A program made the translations under genes and the position numbers. A model generated the notes under the pieces. The model did not search any database, was not told the DNA's origin, and saw only the letters and a list, made by a program, of their open reading frames with translations. A stretch of 53,897 bases of DNA from Clostridia bacterium (GTDB taxonomy: Bacteria > Bacillota > Clostridia > Oscillospirales > Acutalibacteraceae): assembly GCA_017383985.1 (NCBI GenBank), contig JAFNUO010000023.1, forward strand, positions 1-53,897, in the 5' to 3' direction. The first letter of the stretch is position 1; the number at the start of each line of letters is the position of its first letter. Positions 19,587 through 29,733 of this stretch are shown here, one piece after another.

Positions 19587-21779
19587 TTAACCTTTCTGGC
19601 GGTCAACCGAAATAATTCCGTCGACCTTCATAAGACGGGCAATAATTGACTTAATTTGTTCCTGACTTTCAACAAAAACCTCAAGCTCGATTGAATAATT
19701 ACCGTTTTTCATGGCGTGGGTGCTTATACGGTTTATTCCAACGCGCATATTGGCAATAGCCGTCGAAATTTCCGCAATAAGACCGAATTTATCAAAGGCG
19801 AAAATATAAAGCCCCGCAACAAACTGCTTAGCCGATTTTTCTCCCCAACGGGCGGGTATCCAACGCTCCGGCTGCTCGCAAGTGGCAAGGTTTTGCGGCA
19901 CGTTGGGGCATTCGCGTTTATGAATTGAGACGCCGTGGCCTCGGGTGATAAATCCGACAATACTGTCGCCCGGTATGGGGTTACAGCAACGGGATAACTT
20001 GATAAGGCAGTTGTCAATCCCCTCGATAACAACGCCGCTGTTTGAAGCGCGGTTGGTTGTTTTGGCAACAATGCTTTCGGGGGTAGGAGCGGGCTGATTT
20101 GCCTTTACTATTTTTAAGTAATCCTCGCGGATGCGCGGCAAAATCCTTGATAAAATTATGCCGCCGTAGCCGATTTTGTTATAAAAATCGTCGGGTGAAG
20201 AACAATGCTGTCTTTCGGCAACGTCGGAAATAAATTTCTCCATTTCCTTATCGGGCAAATAAATGCTGTTGCGTCTAAACTCGCGTTCAACCTCACGCTT
20301 GCCTTCTTCAACGTTTTCGGCATAGCGCTCCTTTTTAAACCACGAACGGATTTTTGAACGCGCTTCGCTTGTTTTAACTATTTTAAGCCAATCTCGGCTT
20401 GGGCCGTGGCCCTGAACATTTGTGGTTATAATCTCTACAACGTCGCCCGTTTTTATAACGTAATCAATGGGCACAATGCGGCCGTTTGCCTTTGCGCCGA
20501 CCATGCGGTTGCCTACCGCCGAGTGTATCGCGTAGGCAAAGTCGATTGCCGTAGCGCCGGCGGGGAGGTTGATAAGGTCGCCGCCGGGGGTTACGCCAAA
20601 AACGTCCTCGGGCGCAAGGTCGGTTTTTATGGTACGAACGATTTCTTCAACGTCGTCCGATTCGCTTTGGTTTTCAACCATTTTGCGAATCCATTCAAGG
20701 CGGCGTTCAAACAATTTATCGCTGCCGCTGACGCCGGCTTTGTATTTCCAATGGGCCGCAATACCGTATTCGGCGGTATAGTGCATATCCCAAGTACGTA
20801 TTTGTACCTCGAACGGCGCGCCGTGACGGCCGATAACCGTTGTATGCAACGATTGGTACATGTTCGATTTCGGGGTAGAAATATAATCCTTAAAGCGACC
20901 GGGGATAGGTTGAAACATTTCGTGGACAAGTCCCAAAACGTTGTAACATTCGGTAACGCTGTTAACAATTACGCGAACGGCGTAAATGTCGTAAATTTCT
21001 TCAAACTGCTTGCCCTGGATATACATTTTGCGGTATATTCCGTGAACCGATTTTACGCGCCCCTCTATGGACAAGTTTTCTATCGTATCGCCAAGCTTTT
21101 CGCGAAGCATACTTTTTATGCTTTCGATATATGAAAGGCGGTATTCTTTATCTCTTTCAAGCAAGCCCTCGATTTCGTCGTATGCGACAAGGTCAAGGTG
21201 CTTAATCGCCAAATCCTCAAGCTCCTCTTTTACCGCGCGGATACCTAAACGGTGCGCAATCGGAGCGTAAATTTCAAGCGTTTCTTTGGATTTGTCAAGC
21301 TGCTTTTGCGCCGTTTGGGCGTCAATTGTACGCATGTTATGAAGACGGTCGCAAAGCTTGATAATAATTACTCGTATATCCTCGGACATGGCGATGAACA
21401 TTTTTCGAACGTTCTCCGCCTGTAATTCCTCTTTGGAAACATAGTTGATTTTACCGAGCTTTGTTACGCCGTCGACAAGCATGGCTATGTTAACGCCAAA
21501 ATCTCGCCTTACGTCGTCAATCGTAAGGTCGGTATCCTCAACCGCGTCGTGTAACAGCGCCGCCGAAACAGCCTCGGAATCCATGCCGAGACGGGCGGTG
21601 ATACACGCTACCGAAAACGGGTGAATAAAAAACGGTTCGCCGGAAAGACGGTTTTGTCCCTCGTGTTTTTCCTTCGCAAGGTCATACGCCCGCTTTACCG
21701 TTTCAAAGTCGCGGTTATCGCTGTGTCTTTTCATTATACCGACAAGGGTTTCAAGCTTTCCGTCATAGTTTACCGTCAT
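19587..21779 (-). CDS. relA: Bifunctional (p)ppGpp synthetase/hydrolase (long RSH)
   Basis: HD hydrolase domain (HPFSVACI..LHDAVEDT), synthetase domain (YRSLHTTV-like QSLHTTVIG, EVQIRTWDMH), TGS and ACT regions. 730 aa. Confidence 0.97.
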   Translation of the reverse strand: MTVNYDGKLETLVGIMKRHSDNRDFETVKRAYDLAKEKHEGQNRLSGEPFFIHPFSVACITARLGMDSEAVSAALLHDAVEDTDLTIDDVRRDFGVNIAMLVDGVTKLGKINYVSKEELQAENVRKMFIAMSEDIRVIIIKLCDRLHNMRTIDAQTAQKQLDKSKETLEIYAPIAHRLGIRAVKEELEDLAIKHLDLVAYDEIEGLLERDKEYRLSYIESIKSMLREKLGDTIENLSIEGRVKSVHGIYRKMYIQGKQFEEIYDIYAVRVIVNSVTECYNVLGLVHEMFQPIPGRFKDYISTPKSNMYQSLHTTVIGRHGAPFEVQIRTWDMHYTAEYGIAAHWKYKAGVSGSDKLFERRLEWIRKMVENQSESDDVEEIVRTIKTDLAPEDVFGVTPGGDLINLPAGATAIDFAYAIHSAVGNRMVGAKANGRIVPIDYVIKTGDVVEIITTNVQGHGPSRDWLKIVKTSEARSKIRSWFKKERYAENVEEGKREVEREFRRNSIYLPDKEMEKFISDVAERQHCSSPDDFYNKIGYGGIILSRILPRIREDYLKIVKANQPAPTPESIVAKTTNRASNSGVVIEGIDNCLIKLSRCCNPIPGDSIVGFITRGHGVSIHKRECPNVPQNLATCEQPERWIPARWGEKSAKQFVAGLYIFAFDKFGLIAEISTAIANMRVGINRISTHAMKNGNYSIELEVFVESQEQIKSIIARLMKVDGIISVDRQKG

Positions 21780-21782
21780 TTT

Positions 21783-23837
21783 TTATTCCTCCTCTCCGTT
21801 AGCCTTTCGGTAAGTTTTTGAGCCGCTTAGCTCAAGTTTTCCGTCGACGGGACATTTTTTAACGCCGACGCTATCTTTATCATATTCGCATTTAATAAGC
21901 CCTAATTCGCTTAAAACGTCAAGCGCAAGGCGCATTTTTAGGTATGAGTCGACGCCCGACGAGGTCATAAGCGCCTCGAACACGCCGTAAAATTCGCCGT
22001 TTTTATAAATAAGTCGGTAAATCGCGGCAACGTCGTCACGCGTTAAGGCGCAGGCCGACCTTTGCTCATCGTTAAGGCTTTCGCCGCGCAAAAAGCGCTC
22101 GTAAATTCTTATCTCTTTAAAAAGACGTTCTTCGTCAACGTCCGACGGACGAAACGCCTTTGCAATAAGGGTTACCGTCTTTGAGCCCATATATTCGTTT
22201 TGTTCAACCGTAACGGCGAAATCAAGTAGGTCGCCTACGCTAAAGCCAAAGCTTTTTTCGTTGGTATTGAAAAGCATTATGGTGGCGTTGGCTCCGTTTT
22301 TGGAAACGTTAAGGCGCAAATGCTTTCCGTTTCCGACAAAGGCAACTCGGTCAACGCGAACACCCATTATTCCGAAAACGGGGGTTTGGTTGCCGACGCC
22401 GCAAGGTTCAAAAGCCTCAAGCGACTGAGCCATGTCGACCGAAAAAACCGACGGTGACAAACGGCAATCAATATGTATTTCGGCAAAGGGCATTTCTTCA
22501 AAATTTTCGGCCGCCCAGTTGTTTATTGCTTTTCTGAAATCGTCAACAAGCTCAGTTTTAACCGCCATTCCCGCGGCTCTTGAATGGCCGCCGAAACGGG
22601 TAAGCAGGCTTTCACAAGCGCTTAACGCATCAAAGACCGAAAAGCCGCCTATGCTCCGCGCCGAACCGTTAGCCTCGCCGTTTTCAACCGACAAAACAAA
22701 GGCCGGTCGGCCGTATCTTTCGCATATTCTTGAAGCGACAATTCCGATAACTCCGCCGTGCCAACCGTCGCCGCAAACGACGATTATTCGGTCGTTCGCA
22801 TATCCGTTTTTTTCGATAACTTCGATTGCGGCGTCGAAAATTTCGCGTTCGGTTTGTTGGCGGCGCATATTGTCCGCGTTTATTTCTTCGGCAAGCTCCC
22901 TTGCCTCGTTTTTATCGTTCGTAAGCAATAATCTTACCGCACGTTCGCACGAGCCTACTCGTCCCGCGGCGTTAAGTCGCGGCCCGATACCGTAGGATAC
23001 GCTTGACGAGGTAAATGCTCTGCCTCCCAATCCGGCGGCGTCGATTATGGCCGAAAATCCCTCTCTGCCGTCGGTGACATATGGTAATCCGTTTTTAACA
23101 ATCAATCGATTTTCGCCGACAAGCGGCATTACGTCGGCAATAGTTCCGACGGCCGCAAGGTCGCCGTAACGGGACGCCATTTCTTCGCCCGATTCTTCCT
23201 CCAAGGCGCATATAACCTTGAACGCAACGCCGGCGCCCGAATAGTCCTTAAAATGGCTTGGACAGTCGGCTCTGTGCGGGTCGACGACGGCAACGGCGTT
23301 AGGTAAGCTTTCCATCGGCAAATGGTGGTCGGTTACGACAACGTCTATGCCCAAAGAGGCGGCGTAATCAATTTCGTTTATTGCGCCGACGCCGTTATCA
23401 ACCGTTATAATAAGGCTTACTCCGTCGGCCTTCAAACGGTCAACGGCGGCGTTATTCATGCCGTAGCCGTCCTCACGCTCGGGTACCGAATAAATTACGT
23501 CGGCGCCTTTGTCGGTAAGATAGCTGAACATAAGCGCCGTTGAGGTTACTCCGTCAACGTCGTAGTCTCCGTATACCGCGATTTTTTCCTTATCCTCTAT
23601 CGCCTTTCGTATACGCTCAACCGCTTTATCCATGTCGATAAGCTCGTACGGGTCGCACATTTGTTGGTCAGGCGACAAAAATTCGTCTATTTCAAAAGGG
23701 TCGGCGTATCCGCGGGCAGTAAGAATTAATGCGACAAGTTGGTCTATGTCACATTCCTCCGCAAGTTGCTTCGCCAGCTCCTTATCGTTATTTGCAATTA
23801 TCCATTTTTTGCGGTTCACCTTTCCGCTTGCCTCCAA
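21783..23837 (-). CDS. recJ: Single-stranded-DNA-specific exonuclease RecJ
   Basis: DHH motifs (VYGDYDVDGVTS, ITVDNG, VVTDHH) and DHHA1 (GGHSRAAG). 684 aa. Confidence 0.95.
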   Translation of the reverse strand: MEASGKVNRKKWIIANNDKELAKQLAEECDIDQLVALILTARGYADPFEIDEFLSPDQQMCDPYELIDMDKAVERIRKAIEDKEKIAVYGDYDVDGVTSTALMFSYLTDKGADVIYSVPEREDGYGMNNAAVDRLKADGVSLIITVDNGVGAINEIDYAASLGIDVVVTDHHLPMESLPNAVAVVDPHRADCPSHFKDYSGAGVAFKVICALEEESGEEMASRYGDLAAVGTIADVMPLVGENRLIVKNGLPYVTDGREGFSAIIDAAGLGGRAFTSSSVSYGIGPRLNAAGRVGSCERAVRLLLTNDKNEARELAEEINADNMRRQQTEREIFDAAIEVIEKNGYANDRIIVVCGDGWHGGVIGIVASRICERYGRPAFVLSVENGEANGSARSIGGFSVFDALSACESLLTRFGGHSRAAGMAVKTELVDDFRKAINNWAAENFEEMPFAEIHIDCRLSPSVFSVDMAQSLEAFEPCGVGNQTPVFGIMGVRVDRVAFVGNGKHLRLNVSKNGANATIMLFNTNEKSFGFSVGDLLDFAVTVEQNEYMGSKTVTLIAKAFRPSDVDEERLFKEIRIYERFLRGESLNDEQRSACALTRDDVAAIYRLIYKNGEFYGVFEALMTSSGVDSYLKMRLALDVLSELGLIKCEYDKDSVGVKKCPVDGKLELSGSKTYRKANGEEE

Positions 23838-23877
23838 TATTACTATACATTCCGTATATATCTAAATTAATTTTTAT

Positions 23878-23906
23878 ATTATAACACTTTATTCTCTCTT
23901 TCACAA
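23878..23906 (-). promoter_or_regulatory. Putative promoter of the recJ-relA-dtd block
   Basis: On the minus strand: TTGTGA, 17 nt, TATAAT with an upstream TG (gTGtTATAAT). Confidence 0.45.
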
Positions 23907-23938
23907 GTACAAAATAAAACCACCCGTATAAGGTGGTT

Positions 23939-24715
23939 TTAGGGGTTGATTATTGCGTCAAAGTTGACCGCGGCGCAGGCAAAAACAAACGGGATAACGT
24001 AGAAAAGCGGGAAAACAAGCAAGCAAGTTAATATAACCGGCGTAAGCGTAAGATAAAGCAACGCCGTTTTTCCGAAACCGTCGGAGTGAAGGCCAAAATT
24101 TGACACCGATTTTTTTATTATTTCCCGTGATTTCATGTTCTCGTTTTGAATAAATATAAAATCGACGGCGCTATAAGATATAAGCTTTATCGCAAAAACG
24201 CATACGCCTATGCCCATAAGCAAATATTTCACGTAAACGGCTATCCATTCGGCGGCAAACCCGTTTATAATTTCATACGAAAGATAGGACGGAATTATAA
24301 AAAGCGCCGTCCACAAAAAAAGCTTTAATATAACCGTTGATTTAAGCTCCACCGTTCGGATAATACGGTCCTTGGAGTAGCACCAAAAAAGGTCGGCAAA
24401 CGACGCGTTTTCGTCGCGTATTAAAAGCAGTATAACCCGCTTAAATCCGACCAAAACAGGTACCGAAACCAACAACATCGCCGCCGCATTCATTACGGTT
24501 ATAACGGTATGAAGGTTGGAAAGCATGGCTTCCCTTACCTTTTCGTCGGCAACAAAATCAAGCGTAAGCGAAGCCGAATATTGCGCCGCTTCGGCGATAA
24601 CCGTAACAAGGAAAAAGGCGCACAAGGTCGCGGAAAGCGACAAAAGCACGGTAAGCCATTTTCCCTTAAGGCACGAAACCGCCTTTTTTATCGTTCCGCC
24701 TATCGAAAGTCCCAT
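23939..24715 (-). CDS. Polytopic membrane protein of unknown function (possibly DUF975-like)
   Basis: 258 aa with about six hydrophobic spans. A terminator hairpin aaaaccaccc/gggtggtttt overlaps the stop region. Confidence 0.55.
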   Translation of the reverse strand: MGLSIGGTIKKAVSCLKGKWLTVLLSLSATLCAFFLVTVIAEAAQYSASLTLDFVADEKVREAMLSNLHTVITVMNAAAMLLVSVPVLVGFKRVILLLIRDENASFADLFWCYSKDRIIRTVELKSTVILKLFLWTALFIIPSYLSYEIINGFAAEWIAVYVKYLLMGIGVCVFAIKLISYSAVDFIFIQNENMKSREIIKKSVSNFGLHSDGFGKTALLYLTLTPVILTCLLVFPLFYVIPFVFACAAVNFDAIINP

Positions 24716-24784
24716 CGTACTGCGCCCCCTTTTCGTTAAATCGTTTAAGCTCTGTTTTATTATTCCACTATTTTATCTTTGTCA

Positions 24785-25522
24785 TCAGGTTCTTTTTTTA
24801 TCCTCTTTTTTAACATATTTAAAGCCCGAAATTGACTCGTTTATCAAGGAAAAAAGGCCCGCCGCAATCGGCCCCGCAATAATAACAATCATGAAAAGGG
24901 CAAAAACTATAACCGCAACGCCCATTTCGCCGTTTACCGACTCGGCCGCAAAGGGGGTAAAAATAAACCATAAAATGAACCCTGCCGCCAACGCCGAAAT
25001 AATATTTACGGCGTATAAAACAATTTTTTTGTACTTTTTATCGGTTTCAATCAAAGTGTTTGCAAGGGCAAAAACCTCGTAAACAAAGAAAATTACGGCC
25101 GACGGAATAACTACCGCACTATGCGTCGAAAAGCTTTCGGTAACCGACAAAACCGAGACGGCGGCCGCAACGGCGGCCGAAAAGCCAACGCCTATCAAAA
25201 AGGCGAGCATTTCGCCGATTTTTTCGCGTTTTATAAGGGCAAAAAGCGACCACGCCGACGCCAAAACAAAGGCAAAAATAATACCCGTAAAGGCATACCG
25301 TAAAAAAAGATAGTTTTCGGGAACAAGCGACGCCGCCGTTTCTGCATAGCCTCCGACCATCATTTCGACAAGCACGTATAACGCCGACAACATGAAAAGC
25401 GGGGCTAAAATACCCACAACCGACCTGAATCGGCGTTTTTTTGAAATTTTCCCCGCGGTAATTCCCGCAAAAAGCATAATAACAGACGAGATTAATAAAA
25501 TAAAAGTATTTAATATCTTCAT
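24785..25522 (-). CDS. Polytopic membrane protein of unknown function
   Basis: 245 aa with 7-8 hydrophobic spans and no recognisable motif. Confidence 0.55.
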   Translation of the reverse strand: MKILNTFILLISSVIMLFAGITAGKISKKRRFRSVVGILAPLFMLSALYVLVEMMVGGYAETAASLVPENYLFLRYAFTGIIFAFVLASAWSLFALIKREKIGEMLAFLIGVGFSAAVAAAVSVLSVTESFSTHSAVVIPSAVIFFVYEVFALANTLIETDKKYKKIVLYAVNIISALAAGFILWFIFTPFAAESVNGEMGVAVIVFALFMIVIIAGPIAAGLFSLINESISGFKYVKKEDKKRT

Positions 25523-25598
25523 TTTTATACCTCTTTTGTTTCAATTTCCATACATCATACCACATTTTTTTAATATTTACAATGGCGATACTTCATAA

Positions 25599-25627
25599 TT
25601 GACAGATTATTGAAACTGCTGTATTAT
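25599..25627 (+). promoter_or_regulatory. Putative sigma-A promoter of the CPBP-tadA pair
   Basis: TTGACA, 17 nt, TATTAT. Confidence 0.5.
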
Positions 25628-25656
25628 TATATAGATATGGATAAGGAAGTGTTAGA

Positions 25657-26721
25657 ATGTATCCCGATTACAACAACGGGCAGCAAGCTTTTAATTATCA
25701 ATCAAGCCTTAACCAGCCCGTAAACTATAATAACGGGTTTGTCCCCTATCAGGACCCCGTTAAGCTTGAAAAAAAGAAGATAAGAAGCTACGGCAACCGC
25801 TTAGGCGGCGCAATGCTTTTAACCTTAGTCGGAGTTAACATTATCGGCGTAATTTTTATTATGGCGGCCACGATTATAGGCAAGCAAGCGTTAGTCGACT
25901 CGCCGATATTCGACCTTGTTTTTCAGTTTATTTTCAGCATACTCATGTTTGTTCCCGCCTTTGCAATCGTCGCAAAATTAAGCAAATTCCGGATAGGCGA
26001 CCTTTTTGTTCACAAAAGCATTCCTGCGTCTCACACCTTTTGGTTTGTTTGCATGGGGCTTATGGTGTCCATGGGCGCAAACGTAGTAGTAAACTGGTGG
26101 TACAATATTCTTGACGGGCTTGGCTGTAACCTCGATTTTGGCGAATTAGAGCTTCCCGATTCGGTCGGAGGCATTATTTTTTGGGTATTTACTATTTCGG
26201 TTTTGCCCGCAATAGTCGAAGAATTCGGCATGCGAGTTGTTACCCTCGGTATGCTTCGCCAATTCGGTGACCCGTTTGCTATCGTCGCGTCGGCGCTTAT
26301 TTTCGGAATAATCCACGGAAACGCGATCCAAATTCCGTTTGCCTTTGCGCTTGGCCTTATTCTTGCCTATATAACCGTTGTCACCGGCTCGGTTATTCCC
26401 GCAATTATAATCCATTTTATAAACAATTTTTATTCCTGTATAGCGCAAATCGCCACCGAATTATGTAGCAAGGAAATTCAGTTTATCGTCAACTATGTCC
26501 CCTTCATTCTTTTTGTAATACTGGGGCTTATCGGTTGCGTCTTTTTAAGCCGTAAAACGGTTTATTTCAAAAAGCGCCTTTACCGTCCGGAATCCCTTAT
26601 ATCTCAACGCCGCTCGTTCGTAACCTTTTTCTTTACCTCGCCCTGTATAATCATTTTTTGGGCATATCATATTTTACAGGCAGGCTTACTTCTTTTGCCT
26701 CAGATGGCGGAGTTTTTATGA
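25657..26721 (+). CDS. CPBP-family intramembrane glutamic endopeptidase (CAAX protease/Abi-like)
   Basis: EEFGMR (EExxxR), FGIIHG (FxxxH) and HFINN (HxxxN) motifs. The N-terminal tail is rich in Q, N and Y. Confidence 0.85.
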   Translation: MYPDYNNGQQAFNYQSSLNQPVNYNNGFVPYQDPVKLEKKKIRSYGNRLGGAMLLTLVGVNIIGVIFIMAATIIGKQALVDSPIFDLVFQFIFSILMFVPAFAIVAKLSKFRIGDLFVHKSIPASHTFWFVCMGLMVSMGANVVVNWWYNILDGLGCNLDFGELELPDSVGGIIFWVFTISVLPAIVEEFGMRVVTLGMLRQFGDPFAIVASALIFGIIHGNAIQIPFAFALGLILAYITVVTGSVIPAIIIHFINNFYSCIAQIATELCSKEIQFIVNYVPFILFVILGLIGCVFLSRKTVYFKKRLYRPESLISQRRSFVTFFFTSPCIIIFWAYHILQAGLLLLPQMAEFL

Positions 26722-27191
26722 TAAACGAATTAGATTTTGATTTTATGAAACGGGCGCTGTCCCTTGCGAAAGAGGCCGCCGACGAGGGTGAGGCTCCGAT
26801 TGGAGCGATAATCGTCCGCGACGGCAAAATCGTAAGCGTTGGGCGAAACCGCCGCGAAAAGGACAAAAACGCATTAGGCCACGCCGAAATAGAGGCCATT
26901 GACAACGCATGTAAAACGCTTGGCGGATGGCGGCTTATCGGCTGTACCATGTACGTAACGTTAGAGCCGTGTCCCATGTGCGCGGGAGCGATAATAAACG
27001 CGCGGATTGAGCGGGTTGTTTTTGGCGCATACGACAAAAAGGCGGGTTCATGCGGCTCGGTGACAAATTTATTCGAGTTACCGTATAACCATAAGCCCGA
27101 GCTTATCGGCGGAGTGCTTGAGGAGGAATGCTCCCTTGCGCTTACCGAATTTTTTAGAGATTTAAGAACAAGCAAGCAGTCCTTAAAATGA
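26718..27191 (+). CDS. tadA: tRNA adenosine(34) deaminase TadA
   Basis: HAEIEAI and PCPMCAGA zinc motifs. I moved the start to the ATG at 26718, which overlaps the CPBP stop (ATGA). Confidence 0.93.
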   Translation: MINELDFDFMKRALSLAKEAADEGEAPIGAIIVRDGKIVSVGRNRREKDKNALGHAEIEAIDNACKTLGGWRLIGCTMYVTLEPCPMCAGAIINARIERVVFGAYDKKAGSCGSVTNLFELPYNHKPELIGGVLEEECSLALTEFFRDLRTSKQSLK

Positions 27192-27204
27192 AACGGAGTT
27201 AAAC

Positions 27205-28176
27205 ATGAAAAAAATTATTTCAATTATCCTTGCGCTTATGCTCGTTTCGGCATTTGTCGTAACCGCATCAGCCGACCAAAAATCAACCGCAATTAACAAA
27301 GAAATTATTTACGTTGACGGTTACATGGAGCCGGCGTATGAGTCATCGGGCTCAATAACCGTTGACCATATAGTAAAATTAAACGGCGTTTCCGACACAA
27401 CGGCGACAATATATTTAATTTACGATAACACATACATATACGTTTTCGGCAGCGTTAAGGATAAAACAAGAATAACCGTTCCGTACGAGCATGAATGGAC
27501 CACCGACAGCGTTGAAATTCAACTTGACCTCGACTGTAACGAGGCGGGTCAAACGGTTGGCAGCGGATATACAGGGCTTTTCCGCGTTGTTCGTTACAGC
27601 GGCAACGTTATTATCGCCGAAAGCTCCACTTCACCCGTGTTCACCGCCATGAAGGACGCAATTCAATGCCGAGTTGTTGACAACAGCGCCGACGGTTATA
27701 ATTTCGAAATTGCCATTCCGCACGCCAACGGATTTAAGGGCGACAAGCTCGGCGTTTCGTGCGTCATAAACGACGCCGCCGACGACGTAAAGGGCCTTAC
27801 CGGCATGATTTTCATGAACAACAAAAGCGTAGGAAATTACACAAATACAAAGGATTTTTATAAATTCACCTTAAACAATTTCAGCAACAAGCGCGCCGAC
27901 GACGCGCCGACCTATGTTTCCTCGGCGATAGAAAGCTCGTCAAACATTTCGTCGGAGGTTTCGTCCGAAATTTCGTCGGAGATTTCATCCGATATTTCAA
28001 GCGACCAGACGTCGGCCGATACAACCACCTCAAAATCGGATAACTCAAAGCAGGACAACAATTCAAACGGCGGCATTAACCCGATTATAATTTACGTTGG
28101 CGTTTCCGCAATTTGCCTTATCGTTATTGTCGTTATCGTTATAATCGCCGTTAAGAAAAAAAGTAAAAAGCAATAA
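27205..28176 (+). CDS. Membrane-anchored CBM9/DOMON-like sugar-binding protein with Ser-rich stalk
   Basis: Signal peptide, CBM9-like pattern (DGYMEPAYE...YLIYDNTYIYVFGSVKD...EWTTDSVEIQLD), SSEVSSEISSEISSDISSD stalk, C-terminal TM segment plus KKKSKKQ. Confidence 0.65.
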   Translation: MKKIISIILALMLVSAFVVTASADQKSTAINKEIIYVDGYMEPAYESSGSITVDHIVKLNGVSDTTATIYLIYDNTYIYVFGSVKDKTRITVPYEHEWTTDSVEIQLDLDCNEAGQTVGSGYTGLFRVVRYSGNVIIAESSTSPVFTAMKDAIQCRVVDNSADGYNFEIAIPHANGFKGDKLGVSCVINDAADDVKGLTGMIFMNNKSVGNYTNTKDFYKFTLNNFSNKRADDAPTYVSSAIESSSNISSEVSSEISSEISSDISSDQTSADTTTSKSDNSKQDNNSNGGINPIIIYVGVSAICLIVIVVIVIIAVKKKSKKQ

Positions 28177-28210
28177 CGGTTATACTTTCCGTTTTTATAT
28201 GCATATGTTT

Positions 28211-28241
28211 AAAGGAGCCAAGTCGGCTCCTTTATTTTTTT
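28211..28241 (+). terminator. Intrinsic terminator
   Basis: Stem aaaggagcc / ggctccttt followed by a T-run. Confidence 0.75.
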
Positions 28242-28259
28242 AGAAAACGGGTAAAATTT

Positions 28260-29723
28260 ATGACCGAATTAGAAAATATTTTCGAAAACCTGAACCAAAT
28301 TATTTGGGGACCTTTTGGGGTAATATGCATACTTTCAGCGGGCGTTTTAATGACCTTTCGCTTGCGCTTTTTTCAGGTAACACACCTTTTTCACTGGCTA
28401 AACTCAACGGTAGGAAGCCTTTTTAAAAAGAGCCGAAAAAAGCAACGCGAAAAAGGCTCCATTTCCCAGTTCGGCGCCGTTTGTACCACCCTTGCCGCCA
28501 CCATCGGCACGGGCAACATAACGGGAGTTGCGGGGGCAATAGCCGTAGGCGGCGCAGGGGCCGTTTTTTGGATGTGGGTTTCGGCTTTTTTCGGTATGAT
28601 GACGGCTTTTTCGGAAAATTTGCTCGGCATTTATTTCCGCGAAAAATCAAAAAACGTCCAATGGCTTGGCGGCGCAATGTATTACCTAAAGCACGGGATA
28701 AAATATAAGCCGATTGCAACCGTTTCGGCGGCGGCATTTGCCGCTTTTTCGGTACTTGCCTCGTTCGGTATAGGCAACCTTACCCAAGCCAACACAATAG
28801 CCGAAAACATGGATAAAGTTTTCGGCATTTCGCCCTTTTTAACCGGCGGCGTAATAACCGCCCTTTCGGCGGCGGTTATATTAGGCGGGGTGAACCGAGT
28901 TTCCGCCGTTACCGAAAAGTTGGTACCGTTCATGGCGGGAGTTTATATGCTCGGTTGCGTAATTATCATGGTTATAAACGCCAATATGCTTGCCGACGCG
29001 CTTTTTTCGGTTATAAAATTTGCTTTTACGCCGCGGGCAGGGGTCGGCGGCGCCGTTGGAGTTGCAATAAAAATGGGGTTCCGAAGAGGGGTTTTCTCCA
29101 ACGAAGCGGGGCTTGGCTCGGCGGTTACGGTTAACGCCTCCGCCGACACAAGAGAACCCGCCGTTCAGGGAATGTGGGGAATTTTTGAGGTTTTTTTCGA
29201 CACGGTAGTTGTTTGTACCGTGACCGCCGCGGTTATTCTTATCTCCGGGCCGGTAGACCTTAGCACGGGTACGCTTACCGCAAATTACGGCGACGGGGCG
29301 GCGCTTGCCGCCGAAAGCTTTAGCCTTTCTTTTGGTCGTTTCGGCGGAGTTTTTGTTGCAATAGCGATACTTTTTTTCGCCCTTGCGACCATTTTGGCTT
29401 GGAGCATAAACGGCGCAAACAGCTTTTCCTATCTTTTCGGCGAGCGACTTTCGCCCGTTTATAAAATCGTATACGTCGGCGTTGTTTTTGTCGGCTCGGT
29501 TATCCCCAACCCGTCGCTCGCTTGGGCCATTTCCGACACCTTTAACGGGCTTATGATGATACCCAATTTAATCGGACTTTTTGCGTTATCGGGGCTTACC
29601 GTGAGGATAACCGAAAATTACATTGACCGCAAAATTAAGCATAAAAAAATCCGCCCCCTGCTGTCACACCATAAAGAAATACAGTACCAGCACGAGGCGG
29701 AGGAAATGCTTGAATTATTATAA
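28260..29723 (+). CDS. Sodium:alanine symporter family (AGCS) transporter
   Basis: SQFGAVCTTLAATIGTGNITGVAGAI signature of the AGCS family. 487 aa. Confidence 0.92.
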   Translation: MTELENIFENLNQIIWGPFGVICILSAGVLMTFRLRFFQVTHLFHWLNSTVGSLFKKSRKKQREKGSISQFGAVCTTLAATIGTGNITGVAGAIAVGGAGAVFWMWVSAFFGMMTAFSENLLGIYFREKSKNVQWLGGAMYYLKHGIKYKPIATVSAAAFAAFSVLASFGIGNLTQANTIAENMDKVFGISPFLTGGVITALSAAVILGGVNRVSAVTEKLVPFMAGVYMLGCVIIMVINANMLADALFSVIKFAFTPRAGVGGAVGVAIKMGFRRGVFSNEAGLGSAVTVNASADTREPAVQGMWGIFEVFFDTVVVCTVTAAVILISGPVDLSTGTLTANYGDGAALAAESFSLSFGRFGGVFVAIAILFFALATILAWSINGANSFSYLFGERLSPVYKIVYVGVVFVGSVIPNPSLAWAISDTFNGLMMIPNLIGLFALSGLTVRITENYIDRKIKHKKIRPLLSHHKEIQYQHEAEEMLELL

Positions 29724-29733
29724 AAAAGGACAT

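Noticed and set aside
20406-21134. 242-aa plus-strand ORF inside relA. Similar cases occur at 22432-22995 inside recJ, 50668-51204 inside ABC-F, 31930-32502 and 33853-34509 inside the dockerin gene, and 2318-2759 (Arg-rich ORFs) inside the first dockerin gene.
   Set aside because: All are antisense or alternative-frame shadows of confidently identified genes. They carry no motifs and have repetitive or basic composition.
26651-27175. 174-aa minus-strand ORF covering tadA.
   Set aside because: The plus-strand frame contains both TadA zinc motifs (HAE, PCxxC). The antisense frame is featureless.
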